From: the human T2T-CHM13v2.0 reference genome, Homo sapiens
Length of the DNA stretch: 64,000 nt
Reading direction: 5' to 3' (one strand)
Assembly (NCBI RefSeq): GCF_009914755.1
Contig: NC_060927.1
Both the position numbers and the translations under genes were made by a program. Under the pieces are notes generated by a model, which was not told the origin of the DNA, ran no database searches, and was given only the letters and a program-made list of their open reading frames with translations. How positions within the stretch are numbered: position 1 is the stretch's first letter; each line of letters begins with the position of its first letter. Shown here piece by piece: positions 43,111 through 56,430 of this stretch.

Positions 43111-43589
43111 GGTGCTGACACTGAAGTGGGTCAAACCATCTGGTTTTATTCTAGTTGCCACCAATCACAAGCTGCATGACTTTGGACAAGGTGTTTGGCC
43201 TTTCTCATTTCTGTTTCCAGAGATGAAATGGATCTCAAGGCGCATTTTAAGGAGTTTCAAGTTTTAAAGGAGACTATATATATTGAAGCATTTCAAAACT
43301 GCAAAGTACTGTATAAAGAACTATCACTGTTTGTGTTTATGTCAACAATTGAACTTGTTTATGCTTCATATTGGTATGAGAAATTTTTATTTTCATGCCT
43401 TCTACTTTCTGGAAAAAAAAGACACAAAACACCTTCCTTGAATCTTAGCTCTGTCACTAGTCATAATGCTATTTTGCTGCATAATTTACGAATGAATTTT
43501 TAAAGCAATGGACCCCAAATATTAACTTAAAAGTCTCCAAAATGACTTCCTAAATCTTAGATTCAATCACCTTCTTTCAAGTTCCTCAA

Positions 43590-44230
43590 ATCAGTTTCAT
43601 GTCATCACAGTTTTCCATTCTTAACTTCTTTATCATTTGTGGCCTCTTTTTGGAAACTCCTAAGTTGACTTCTGTGACCCCATTTTCTCCTCCTACTTAA
43701 CTGGCTGCTGATTTTCAATCTACTTTTGGGGCTTCTTTCTTTAACCTGTCCCTTAAATGTTCATGTTCCTCAAAGTTTTGTCTTTATTCCTTTTTAGTTC
43801 TTACTTGACACACTTTCCCTGGGAAATCCTATTCATTCCTATTACTTCCTGCTGATTCCTAAATTTCTATCCCTAACCTGGACCTTCCCCTAAGTTGCAG
43901 ACCTGTTTGCTGGACATGTCCATCTAGACCTTAAACTCAACATGACCCATACACAAAACATTATCAACTCCATTCCCAGCTCAATCTGTTCACTCTCCCT
44001 CCTTCCATTCTTATAAATGACACCATTATTCTCTCCGTTAATGGAGTAAAGAAGTTGAGAATTATTATAGACAACTCTCCCTTTTTTCCTGGTACAACCT
44101 GGGGGTAGCTCCAGCTGTTTGGCCTCCTGATGATCTCTTGGCTTCACCCCACCTTCTCTAGATCCTCACTGTCGTTGCCTTAGTTCCTTAGTTCCATATC
44201 TTGCTGGAACTACTCCAAAAACCTTCCTAT
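43590..44230 (+). mobile_element. L2 LINE fragment
   Basis: cccttaaatgttcatgttcctcaa...gctggacatgtccatctagaccttaaactcaacatg...aaatgacaccatt. Confidence 0.7.
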
Positions 44231-44739
44231 TCAGGTCCTACAGGATTCACTGGTTTTTTAATTTAGTTATTTGGCTTGAAGTTTCTAATCAAATGAATGT
44301 TTCAGATTCAGGCTTTTCACCTACATAGCATAGGCTTTAGATCCCTGTCTTTCAATGACTCAATTTCTACATGTGGCCCAGGGCAGGATGCTGGCAATGA
44401 TTTTCCTCCACCCATTCGCATATGTTCTAACTTCCTTCTAGCTCCCAGCCCTATAACATAGGCCCTTTCCATCTTAGCACCAGTGTGGGGCCTGCACAGA
44501 CATAAGGTGAAGTATGCGTCCAATCTACCTTTCCTGTGAGCTACAGGATTTCAGCTCTGGCTCATATCTATGACTATTTGTTCTTTCTTTGTTTCTGGCA
44601 GCTGGAGGTTTTTCTTTCTTATTTTTGAGTTTGGCTATGTATCTATTATTTAAAAACTGTATCCAGCAAGTCTATGTGTTTGGAGCCACAGGGCATATTG
44701 TTACCCCCTTTCAGTCTGCCACCCTGATGGGAAGTCTGC

Positions 44740-45263
44740 TGTTAAAAGGTCATTTCAAAAGAAGATATTGGGGAGAAAAACAAATCTTTTCCCACTATCC
44801 TTCTAAGTTATTGACTGGGACCCCTATAGTAAAGACAGGTGAACAAGAGAAAAGTGTACAAATTTACTTAGTGTAAATTTTACACTACTTGGGAGCCTTC
44901 ACAAGGAAATGAAGACTCAAAGAAGTGGTTATACCTGAGTGTGTTTATGCTGGGCTTGATGAAAAATGGAAAGTCATGGAGAAATGTGGCTGAGACAATG
45001 GAAGTATGAAGTAAGCATAATAAACTAGGGGAAAGACCAAACTTAGCAAGTCCTGTTTTTCAGATTCCTCTTTTCCTCTTCAGAGACAGGGAAGCTTCCT
45101 TCCTCCAGGACTAGGGAGGACACCTTTACCATGAAGGTTTAATGACCTGCTCAGGTGAAGGTCAGAAAGTTCTTTCTGCATGCTGTTTCTCATATTCCTT
45201 CAGCTTAAAATATTGAAATGCCAAGGTGCCATATTTTCCGATACTTTGTTCTCAACCCTATTA
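44740..45263 (-). mobile_element. MER34/MER39-like ERV1 LTR
   Basis: attccttcagcttaaaatattgaaatgccaaggtgccatatttt matches the recalled antisense 5' end of this LTR group. Confidence 0.65.
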
Positions 45264-46865
45264 AGAGTAAAATCATAACTCTTATACAGATTTAAAAACC
45301 AACATACAATGAGAAAACCAGCAAAGGCGTTACAACTGTTTCAAAGAAGTAGAAAACCAGACACATTTATAAATCAGGAATATTTAAATGAGTGTGCAAA
45401 TGGAGGTAAAATGAACTTCCATAGTAGGAGAGAGAAGTCAATTGAACTTCCACCAGACAGGACAGTATTTGTATATCTGTAGGCAAGAATTATTTTGCAT
45501 TGCTATCAGTTATCTACAATTTTCAGACTTGAAAAATAGCTCAAAGGCAATGAACAGCTGGACTCAGTTGAGAAGGATGTGCTGGATGTTAACAATGCAT
45601 TATTTTTTTAGTGAAGCACAATTTTCTCCTACATTACACTGTAATGATTTGTTTCATGTTTGTTTCCCCTACAAGATCAAGTGCCTCTCAGGAATAGTGG
45701 CTGTGTTCATGTCACCACTGTACACCCAGGGCCTAGAACTACTTACATTATATTAGGAAATGTCTCACTAAGTGCATATGGAATAAATTTATGCATAAAT
45801 GTCTCTCTAACTGTAAGATTTTTCTCCCTTCCCTTGAAGAGGGAAAAGTTTTGAGAAAAAGAAAGCGTGTGTGTGTGTGGGGCGGGGGGTGGGTGGATGG
45901 AGAGAGAGAAAGAATTGAGGCTCTTATGCTCCCTACACTCTTCCCTCCTGTTAACTCCAGGCATCCAATGGGCTTGCCACCGATTGTCTAGTGTCAACAT
46001 GTCATCAGTGCATCACACAGATGTAGGTGAATAGCAAATGAGAGATCCTTCTTTTTAAATTGTCTGTCAACCAGGTCTAATTTTTTAAAGCATATTTGCT
46101 GAAGTATCTTTCTTTTGATAAATAATGCTATTTCTCCTCCTGGAATACGCATAAAGAAAATTCATAATTACTTTCTTTTCAGATGCTTCTGCATGTAAAT
46201 TGCTTAATGGCTGCTTCCCCTTAGGTCCTGCCTTATCAGGGGGATCTTCAGGGCATTGCCAGCAACACCATCAGTCAGGTAATTTGCAAGAATAGTTATT
46301 TAATAAACATCCAGCCCCCTTATCACTGTACCCTGCAGGATTCTCATTAGTCGGCAACTTAATTCAAGCTTGAAAGATTTCCATTATGGTGCCCTTTGTT
46401 TCCTGCCCATTGCCTAATTTTCTGTTCAGCGGGATATTTTTCTGTAACCTGTGACTTGTTTCTTGACTGACTGACATACATGCATTTTTTTTCCCAAAAT
46501 GAGCTTGTAGAAATGCACAGTCCATTTCCCATTAATGGTGTGTTCAGTTGGCAATACAATAGGATGTCAGAGAGGTGTTATCAAAACAACCCTTGAAGTT
46601 ATCTTTAAAAACAAATAAAGTGACTTAAAACAATAGAAGTCAATAACTTGACTTGTGAGTATATATGAAGTCAAAAAGACAATCCAAACTGCAAAATCAA
46701 TTAAATAATGGAAATAGTAGCTCCCATTTTACCAACTTAATAGCTCAATTATCTCTCCTTTTTTTGTCCAACAAATTTGAGTACTCTGAATTGAAATAGA
46801 TCATTTAATTAAAAAGTTTGAAATATTTCAAAAATCTTAAAATCTTGCAGATAATGCCAAGTCAG

Positions 46866-47045
46866 TCAGTCTTATCCCTGGCTGCACAGGTTGCACATTA
46901 TCACCACCTAGGAAGTTTTAAAAAATGCTGTTGAATGAGTCCAATCTGTCGATGTTAAGATTTAATTGGTTTGGGATGAGGCCTGAGAACAGGTAATTTT
47001 CTCCCTAGGTAATTCTAATGACCAATCAGTGTTGAAAACCTTTGT
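46866..47045. mobile_element. MER5B-like hAT fossil
   Basis: ggctgcac...cacctaggaagttttaaaaaatgctg...ccctaggtaattctaatg...gttgaaaacc. Confidence 0.6.
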
Positions 47046-47844
47046 AGAAATTTTGCACTATAGCACTTATAAATAGTATTAAATTGTTGTTTTCTTATTG
47101 GGTGACTGAGTTGTCATCCAGATTTCAAGGTAGTCCTTCAAGATATTTTTCTTTTAAAAAATGGAATTATATCTTTTGTGTTGGTTGAGTGTTATCACAT
47201 GCTTGGCTGCACTTAATCATAGTGGCATGAGAGTTTGTAAGACATAATTTCTGCCATATAAGAATCAGGAATGTTGATTCCCACTCAATCTTTATTATTT
47301 GGGAATAATAATCTTGAATGTGTGTATTGTACTCAAAACAAAACACAACCTGCACAGCTCTAATAAATCAAGGTGATGTTACTTCTTACCAGAGGTACTC
47401 TCCTTCCTGTACATATCTTGTCCTTCCTTCAGGGAACATTCTTCTACTTTGTTTCCACTGCCAAGACATTCTTGTCCTTTTCTCTTTTATGTCTACTCCA
47501 CATTAAAATCCCTCCTCCCCAGTTTCTCCATTTACCTAGCAGACTCTTCATTTCCTGGGTCTTCCCTGCAATATTACCTCCTTAAGTAGCCTTACCTGAG
47601 TATCCTCCCTCTTCACCCACACTGGGTTCTGTAACCACCTATGGGCTCGCAGAGCCTGTTCTTCCTTCTAGATATTTGCCCTGAATCACACTGGCCTATT
47701 TTCTTACCTGAATCTCCCACTAGAAAGAAAGCTCCTTGAGGACAGTGGCTGCATTCTCTTCACTATTACAGCTTTGGTGGTTGGCACATGGTAGTAATAA
47801 CAACAATATATAATAATATTATATACAATAATAATAATAATAAT

Positions 47845-48085
47845 AGCAAACACTTATGTACATGGTAGTCACTGTCCTAAGTATAAATATTATCTATTTA
47901 GACAAGTCTCATAAACAATCCTATGTAGTAGTTATTGCTATTATTTCCATTTTAAATGTGATGAAATGAAGTTTTTAAAAAGTTTATTAAATTGAATATT
48001 CAAGGTCAAACAGCTAGCAAGGGGAATTGCTGGGATTTGAACCCAGACATTCTGGCCCCAGAGTCCATGAGTTCTTAATAAATAT
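47845..48085 (-). mobile_element. MIR SINE preceded by an (AAT)n tract
   Basis: aacaatcctatg...ccattttaaatgtgatgaaatgaag...caaggtcaaacagctagc...gggatttgaacccagacattctggc. Confidence 0.8.
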
Positions 48086-48127
48086 TGTTGAATAAACAAC
48101 TATGTAAGAGGGAGTATAGAGTCCCTC

Positions 48128-48129
<2 letters not shown>

Positions 48130-48160
<31 letters not shown>
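48130..48160. repeat. (TG)n microsatellite
   Basis: Direct reading. Confidence 0.95.
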
Positions 48161-48163
<3 letters not shown>

Positions 48164-48522
48164 AGAGAAAAAGAAACATATCAGAAGTTCAAACATACAG
48201 ATAGATGCAAGATCATAAGTCAGTCAGTGACATGTTTGGGATGGGTCTAGAGGTCAGGTGAGAAATGTAAAAATACTACAATACTGTGTCAGAAGTTTTT
48301 TGAACCAGTTTGTCTTTTATATAAGAAGAGAGGACAAGAAGTAATGTCAGAATATGCCTGTGATTTAATTGGACCGTTTGAAACTCCATAGGTGACCAGG
48401 GCTGGGGAAGATTTGAGAGTTTTTAGGTTGAAGAAGTGTTTATATTATCAGTGACGGTGAATATAAAGCAGGAAGAATTTTCTACTTCAGATTTCATTTG
48501 GGGGCTGTTTGGAGTGAATCTT

Positions 48523-48973
48523 TGTATTAGTTTTCTATTGCTGCTGTAACAAATTATCACAAACTTAGTGGCTTAAACCAACACAGATTTATGATCTCAC
48601 AGTCCCGAAAGTCAGAAGTCTGAAACGGGTTTTGATGAGTTAACATCAAGGTGTATGCAGGGCTTCGTTCCTTCCAGAGGCTCTAGGAGAGAATCAATTC
48701 ACTCGTTTACCCCAGCATGTCTTGGTTTATGATCCTTTCTTCCATCTTCAAAGCCAGCAGCATAGCACCTTCAAATCTCTCTCCCTTATTCTCACCCCTC
48801 TGCCTTCCTCTTAGAAGGACTCTTGTGATCACATTAAGCCCCTCTGGATAATCCAATATAATCTCACGATCTCAAAATCCTTGACTTACATCTGCAAAGA
48901 TCTTTTTGCCATGTAAGGTACCAAATTCACAGTTCTAGGGGGCATCTCTAGGGACCATTACTCTGTTTACTAG
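48523..48973 (-). mobile_element. MLT1C-like MaLR solo LTR
   Basis: tgtattagttttctattgctgctgtaacaaattatcacaaacttagtggcttaaa...cacatctgcaaag-like...gccatgtaaggta. Confidence 0.85.
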
Positions 48974-50012
48974 AACCTTACATCAAAAATCTCTAGGAGA
49001 AGCATGTCTGATCAAAGGACTCCCCCATACATTCTGTCTGTCTGGAGGTACTGAGGAAATAAAACTACAGACTCAGAATTTTTTTCAAACTTAGAATTTA
49101 AAAAAAAACTGCTCTTTATAAGAATTATGGCATAGGAAGGATGGAGGGAAGTCTTCAGCCAGAGGCTAGAAAATACCACATTTCAATTCTATGACACATA
49201 AAAGTTACTGGCCGCCTTCTCTATATGGGGATACTTTAGCGTCCACTCTGTGTACTGGCCTGTGGTCAGCAGAGGACATGACCTCTTGACACTCAGGAGA
49301 AACAAGACCATTTGATGTTCAGAAGAGGAGGAGAAGGTAAATTTTGTAGGTATGAATTAGCAAGCTTCAAAAAGGTTACTTGAAAAGAGAGTCAATTCCG
49401 GATCTTTCAAAAGGATCACAATGGTTTTATAGTAAAAATATTAAAGATCTCTCCTTTGCTAGAGATTTTAATTTTCTTCTGACTGTATTGACTTGCGGGC
49501 CTGTCTTAACAATATGGAGGGGCTAGTCTCATTGGGAGATACATGTTAGTGGACCTATATTCTACAGCTGGGAAATGACTCTTGTGGTCTCAGCTGGAAA
49601 GACCTCGTAACTTCCACTTCACATCCAAGCCTGCAGTGCTCTCTCAGTGTCAGTCCCACCGGACAAGGCCCTGGGTGAGTGAAGGAGAAAGCCGACTTAA
49701 GTGGGTTGCTTTCCTCTGCACTCAGTGGTATCTGTGGAGGAGTTTGACAGGTTTCCCTTTGCCCTGTATGTTTTTGAAATTTTTCTCTGTTGAGGCATGA
49801 AAAAAACCCAATGGATGAGGGGCAAGTTTACAAGTGGCGTGCTTCCATTCTTTCTATATCTCAGATTTCTATGACATGTGCTCCCTTAAGAGTCTTTGAT
49901 AATCCATTTTTACTCTCACTTTGTCAGATTTTAAAAGGCATCTTCTGCAGCAGGTTAAAAATGGGAAAAGGGTTATGGGGATACAGTCAAGCACACAGCT
50001 CTTCATGGCCTC

Positions 50013-50398
50013 TGTTATGGACTGAATTGTGTCCCTGCCACCCCCAATTCATATGTTGAAGCCCTAATCTCCAGTACCTTAGAATGTGACTGTATTTGGA
50101 GATAGAGCCTTTAAATAGGTAATTAAGTTTAAATGAGGTGATACAGTGGGGCTCTAAATTAGTAAGAGTGGTGTCCTAATAAGAAGAGGAGGAAGCACCA
50201 GGGAAATGTGGGCACTGAGGAAGGGTCAGCTACAGAGCTGTCATTTGCAAGTCAACAAGAAGAGCCTCAGAAGAAACCGGTCCTGTACCTGTGCTTTACC
50301 TTGGACTTCCAGCCTCCAGAACTGTAAGAAAATACATTTCTATTGGTTCAGCCCCCAGTCTGTCATATTTTGTTATAGCAGCTCTAGCAAACTAATGG
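50013..50398 (+). mobile_element. MLT1A-like MaLR solo LTR
   Basis: tgttatggactgaattgtgtccc...aattcatatgttgaagccctaa...ggacttccagcctccagaactgtaag...tttgttatagcagc. Confidence 0.85.
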
Positions 50399-51619
50399 AA
50401 TTTCTTCTTTCTCCTATCGTGGGGACTGGAGACACTCCAGAAAGTGGCTGCTCTGTTGTCCTGGGTTCCAGGATCAGAACAACAAAAATACCACACCCTA
50501 ATGGAGGATCCCCGATGAACAAGAACATGAGCAAACATTCACCTTGTGGTTTTAGAAACTAACATTTGGGAGCTGCACAGCCTAGCCACTAACTATGGGC
50601 TTGTTATTTCTTTCTTAGAAACAAGAAAACAAAGTTACAGTTCAGGTGACTTGCCCAAAGTTTTCTGTCCTCTGGACTAAAGCTTCCATTACAGACCCAC
50701 ACTGCTCCCACACCACTGTCATTTACATGCTGGGTTATTTCAGAATTTGAGCTCAGAGCAGAAACCTAACATTACAAGGGAATATATGTGCCATGGAGAG
50801 AATAAATGTAAGGTTGACAGCATTTGAAAAATAGAATAAGGCAGCAGAGATCAGGTAATTTAGGAAGTCAGAAAAACAACACCTGTTTCATTGTTTTGTT
50901 TTACTTTCTTTCCTTCAAATCTCAAACAGAAGACAATGTGGTTTATGATTATGGAGTTAGAAAAGGCCAGAATTCAAATGTCCACCATTCTATGTGATCC
51001 TAGACAAGTGCTTAACCTCTTGGAGTTTAAATTTCTTCTCGTTTAAAATGGTGATTATTAAAATAGTGGGGGAGAATTTAATAATATAATCAATATAAGG
51101 TGCCTGGCATGAAGTAGCTGCTACAAAAGTTCCAGGCCTCATTCGTTAACAACACAGATGCTTCATATGAGACCTTAAAGGGTTAAGTAAGGCTTTTCTG
51201 AAAACTTCTTTTTAAAATGGTCTCTGCTGCAGTCCTAGAATTCTGAAGGGAAGGGCCTGAAGGTAATTGCCCTTGAGTATTTTCCTGCAGAGAATAAAGT
51301 CATGATAAATTACTACAATTTTCTTTAAGTAGAGGAAAACACTAGTACTTTAAAAGCACATAATATTCTGCTCAGCATCTCAGAGACAGCTTGGAGATGT
51401 GAATGTGGATCACCTGTCAGCTTTCTACATTTTTCCCTCTTGGTCCAAATTCTTCCAAGTTAAAAGACAAGGCCCTGCTGTCTCAACCCCTTAAGCCTTA
51501 CCAGTGCAGTTTTAAAAAGCAGTTTTAACTCCATTCACTCTCTTCCAATATGGTGGGCTTAACCTAGAGTCAGCCTTTCTGCCAGGGAAGTGACAGAACC
51601 AAGAAAGAATAAAAAAAAA

Positions 51620-53000
51620 AAAAGAAAGAAATTGTATTAGAATTGAACACTAAACTGGAAGACACACAAGAGTGAATAAACACACAGATGGTGCTTTAAG
51701 AGAAATAAAAGGTTAAAAAAGAAAAAAATCTTAAACTAAAAAACAAAGAGAAAACAGAGATTTGAGAGAATCTGACTAATATTGAAAAACATGCAAGGAA
51801 GATCCAACATATTCAATCCCTATAGAAAAAGTCAAAGCAAGGGAACCATATACTAAAATTATAATACAAGAAACTTTCCTGAAATAAAAAATGATCGAAA
51901 TAGAACTCCTATATGATCCTGCAATCCCTCTTCTGGGTAGATACCAAAAGTAAATGAAATCAGTGCCTCAAAGACATCTGCACTCCCATGTTCCTTGCAG
52001 CATTATTCACAGTAGCCAAGATACAGAAACAAGTGTCTGTCAATGGATGAATGGATAAAGAAATTGTGTGTGTTCTACACATACACATGAAATATTATTC
52101 AGCCTTTAAAAAGAAGCAGATATTGCCATTTGTGACAAATTACAAGGAGATATTGCCATTTGTGACACTATGGATGAACCTGGAGGATATCATGCTAAGT
52201 GAAATATGCCAGGCACAAAAAGAAAAATATTGCATAATGTAACTTCTGCAGGTTTCCCTTTCCCCTGTATGTGGAATTAAAAAGTCAAATTCATAGAAAC
52301 AGAGTAGAATGCTGATTACCAGAGGTGGAGAGAGGGAGGAAATTGACAGATGAAGATCAAAGGTTACAAACTTGCAGTTATGTAGGATAAATAGGTCTAG
52401 AGGTCTAATGTACAGCAGGAGGACTATAGCTAATATTGTATTTTGAAAATTTGCTAAGAGAGTAGGTTTTAGGTACTCTTGCCTAAAAATAAAAAAGCAA
52501 AAGCAAAGAGTAACTACAGAAGGCAATGCATATATTAAATTGCTTACCTATAGTAATCATTTCACTATGGATATGTAAATCAAAAGTTCATATTGTACGC
52601 CTTAATACAATAAAAAATTTTCTATAAACAGCGACCTCTGTATGTACCTGAGATTACCAACCCAGAATAATAAATGCCAAGACATATTCTAGTAAAGTTA
52701 TTCAACTCTAAAGAAAAAGAAAAATAGCCACTAGATACCTGTGCAGAAAGTGTATGTGACTTAGGGGGAAAAGTTAGATTATCATCAAATTTTCATTATG
52801 CCAGAAGAAAATGGAGCAACATATTTATACTACTCAAGGAAAAAACATGTTTGCCAAAGATTTTATATACTTGAAAACAAGACTTCCAAGTATACAGAGC
52901 ACAAACTGTTACAAACATCTAAGAACTTTAGGGATTTTGCTTCTAAGAGTCCTTGAGGAATTTGCTAGAGACTAAGCTTCAGACAACCAAAATGATGAGA
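51620..53000 (+). mobile_element. Ancient L1M/HAL1 ORF1 remnant, interrupted by an L1MA
   Basis: ataatacaagaaactttcctgaaataaaa (IIQENFPEIK-like, frameshifted) and ccaagacatattctagtaaagtta (PRHILVKL). Confidence 0.55.
51897..52617 (+). mobile_element. L1MA-type 3' end
   Basis: atagaactcctatatgatcctgcaatccc...catctgcactcccatgttc...tggatgaacctggagga...caataaaaaa. Confidence 0.85.
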
Positions 53001-53488
53001 GAGATGTGAGCCTATGAAGTGATGGCAAGCATTCAATATATACTCACTAAAAAGTTCAGATGAAATAAGTGTCAAAAAGGAAAGAATATAATAGGTAGCG
53101 GCCATATGCAATTATATAGATATAACAAAACTATTTGAAGAAATGGGGGATAAAAAGGAGTATAATATATGTAAAAATGTGACTTTTTATTGATCATAGT
53201 CAGTGGTGGTAGTATTAGTGACGTTACATGTGTAAGTTCTTATGTGTATGACATAATTGCAGAATGAATAAGTAATATTCTAATTCTATCACCTCACGTA
53301 TCCTTGAGAACTAAGACTCTGGTTTGGAAGATGGAGATACAGACATACCTTAAAAAAAGGCTTAGTTAAAACCCTGCTGTCCTGAAATTGAATTAGAAAT
53401 ATCAGAATGCACCCATGAGGCATTTTACCATATATGTTCCAGCTCTGTCTACCAAAAAGTCTTAGAAATAATGACCAGTGCAGTAATA

Positions 53489-53806
53489 CATGTTGAGTAT
53501 CTGTAATCTGAAAATCCAAAATTCAAAATGCTTCAGTGTTCAAAACTTCCTGAGCACCAACATGATGCCACAAGTGGAAAATTCTATGCTTCATGTGATG
53601 AGTGGACAAAGTCATTTAAAATATTGTATAAAATTACCTCAGGCTATGTATGTAAGGTGTATATGAAACACAAATGAATTTGTGTTTAGATGTGGGTCCC
53701 ATCCCCAAGATATCTCATTACGTATGTGCAAATATTCTAAAATAAAAAATCAGAAATTAAAAGCATTTCTGGTCCCAAGCATTTCAGATAATGGATACTC
53801 AACCTG
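53489..53806. mobile_element. Tigger4/Zombi-type TcMar-Tigger element
   Basis: TIRs catgttgagtatc / gatactcaacctg flanked by TA on both sides. Confidence 0.85.
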
Positions 53807-54669
53807 TAATGATCATTTATACACCCCAGATTATAATATTAAAATATCATTTCCCACTAAAAAAAAAAAAAACAAGACTTAAAGAAATGGCTGACTCTGG
53901 GTGTGTGACACGAAGTATATAAGCCTGGACCATTTTGTCAGAGCAAATAGCAACAAAGTTAGCTGAGGCTGCGAGGGTTGTGTCAAAAGGACTTAGGAGA
54001 CAATTTGGAGAGGCTCCCACTGCCCCAAAGTAGAACAATTTGAGTTATAGTAATAGGAGAAATAATAGTAATTAGAAATACCCAATATTTAATAAGAAGA
54101 TAAAACTATCAAATTTGTTTGCATTCATGAACTCCTAGTGATGTTAAAAAGAGAACAGGCCACCTTTGCAGGATAACAAAGAACCACTTCATCCTGAAAA
54201 CTGGTAAAAGAAAATAAGATTTGTCCTTCTTCTGTGTGAATATACTACTGAATAGGCAAACAGTAGATAAAGAAAAGTTTCCTTATAAATTTGTTTCATG
54301 TAATATAATCACATAATTAACATAGAACCATTTTCAATCTGGCATAAATTAATGGATTTAGGTATTGAACTTCAAAAGCTGCTATCAACAGAGATATAAG
54401 ATCAGTAGACCACTATGAACTTCCTGATGGAAGTATACACTACCACCTAATGCCTCTGCAAAAGATCAGAGTAGAATCTAATCAAGCTTTTGAACCTAGT
54501 TTCTTGTTGAACTTCACCATGAGCATACACTCAGTAAAATCCAGACTGGCAAACTCTACAGGTCAACCTTCCTGAGTTCTTGAGCAAACTAATTACAAGG
54601 AAAAGAAAGACATAAAGGGAGAATCTGTACATTTAAAAAATTTAAATATATAACAAATTCTTTTTTAAA

Positions 54670-56430
54670 TGGGAAACACAAAACACTGGCAAGGATGCAG
54701 AGAAAGAGATTAACCCATGTATTGCTCATTAGAAAATAAAATAGGTAAAGCCACTCTGGAAAACAGTTTAACAATTTCTTCTAAAATTAAAACATATAAC
54801 CCATAAAATTTGGCGTTATCTCATAAAAATAGGAAGTTGTGTTCAAACAAAAATATGTACCTGATAGATTTATAATAAAGCTATATCTATTGATAGCAGC
54901 TTTATTATAATAGCTAAAAATTGGAAACAACCTAAATGTTCTTCAATGGTTGAATGATCAAGCAAACTGTGACACATCCATACCATGGAATACAACTCAA
55001 CAATAAAAAAGGTACTATTCATACACACGAAGTGAATGGACCTCCACAAAATTATGTGAAAAAAGAGCCACCCTCAAAAGGTTACATGATGTATAAATTC
55101 ACTCGAATATTCTTAAAATAACGAAATCATAGAGATGGAAAAAAGTAATATTTACTAGAGGTAAGGATTTGGGAAAGGAGGGGTGGTTATGGCTGTAAGG
55201 GGGGAGCAGAGGAGCCTTATGGTAATGGAACAGTTATGCATCTTGATCGTAGTAGTTGTTAGCCAAAGATATGTATGTGATGTAAATATCATAACATTAT
55301 AAACACACACAAATGAGTGAATATATAATTAATAAAATTAAAATATAGTTTGTGAATTGTATCAATGTCAATTTCATGGCTTTCGTGGTATACTATTAAA
55401 GAATAAAACTTGTTTCTTTTTAGTCACAACACTTCTGACACCAAATACGGTGTTTTTTCCACCACCAAGAAATTCTCCAGTTCTCTGTGGACACCAACTC
55501 GGTTCATTCAATTCACCAACTGGGTGCAGTCAATTCAATTCTAATGCTGTGTACCTAGTGTTAGCAATAGATACCACAAGTTAAAGGGCTCAATCCAACA
55601 CTACCCCAACTTCAGATGCCATTCATAAATCCCAGGTTGCCATCTATACTTCTGCCTGACCAGCTACAAACTGGGGATTCCCATGATTCCCTTCTCATGT
55701 TTGATATTTGCTGTTACAGCTCGCAGAATTCAGGGAAACACTTTACTTACTATTATTGGTTTGCTATAAAGAACACAATTCATAAATAGCCAAATAGAAG
55801 AGATGCACAGGGCAAGGTATGTGGGAAGGGATGTGGAGCTACCATGTCCTATCCAGGCATGCCACCCTCCAAGCACCTCCAAGTGTTCACCAGCCCTTCA
55901 CACCCCATTTTTTAGGGGCTTTATGGTGGTTCCATTATCTAGGCAGGATGGATTAAGTTATTGACCACTGGTGATTGAACTCAATATCCAGTCCCTCTCC
56001 CGTCTCCAGAGGTCTGGGGTGGGCTGAAAGTTTTAATCCTCTATTCACATGGTTGGTTCCTCTTGCAACCAGCCCTCATCATGAAGCTATGTAGGGGCCC
56101 AGGTGCCAGTCATCTCATTAGAATACTGAAGGACACTCATCACTGTGAAGATTCCAAGGGTCTTAGAAGTTCTTATGTATGGAGCCAGGAGCTAAGACCA
56201 AATATTATAACGAAAGATGCTCTTATCACCCCTATCACTCAGGAAATGATGAGAGTTTTAGGAGTTCTGTGTCAGGAACCACAGGAAGAGACCAAATATA
56301 TATATTTCTAGTTATATCACAACTACAGTTATGCAAGATGCTAATATTGGGGGAGGAGGAGTAAAAGGTGTGTGGGACCATCCCGTAAATTTCTGGAACT
56401 TCTGCGAATCTTACTTTTAAATAAAGAGTT
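54670..56430 (+). mobile_element. L1MC-type 3' end split by a MER21 LTR
   Basis: cactggcaaggatgcagagaaa...ccactctggaaaacagttt...catccataccatggaatac; resumes cagttatgcaagatgctaatattggggg. Confidence 0.75.
55394..56320 (-). mobile_element. MER21-family LTR
   Basis: cacaacacttctgacaccaaa...caattcaattct...agatgcacagggcaaggtatg...gaccaaatatatatatttct...atatcaca. Confidence 0.8.
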
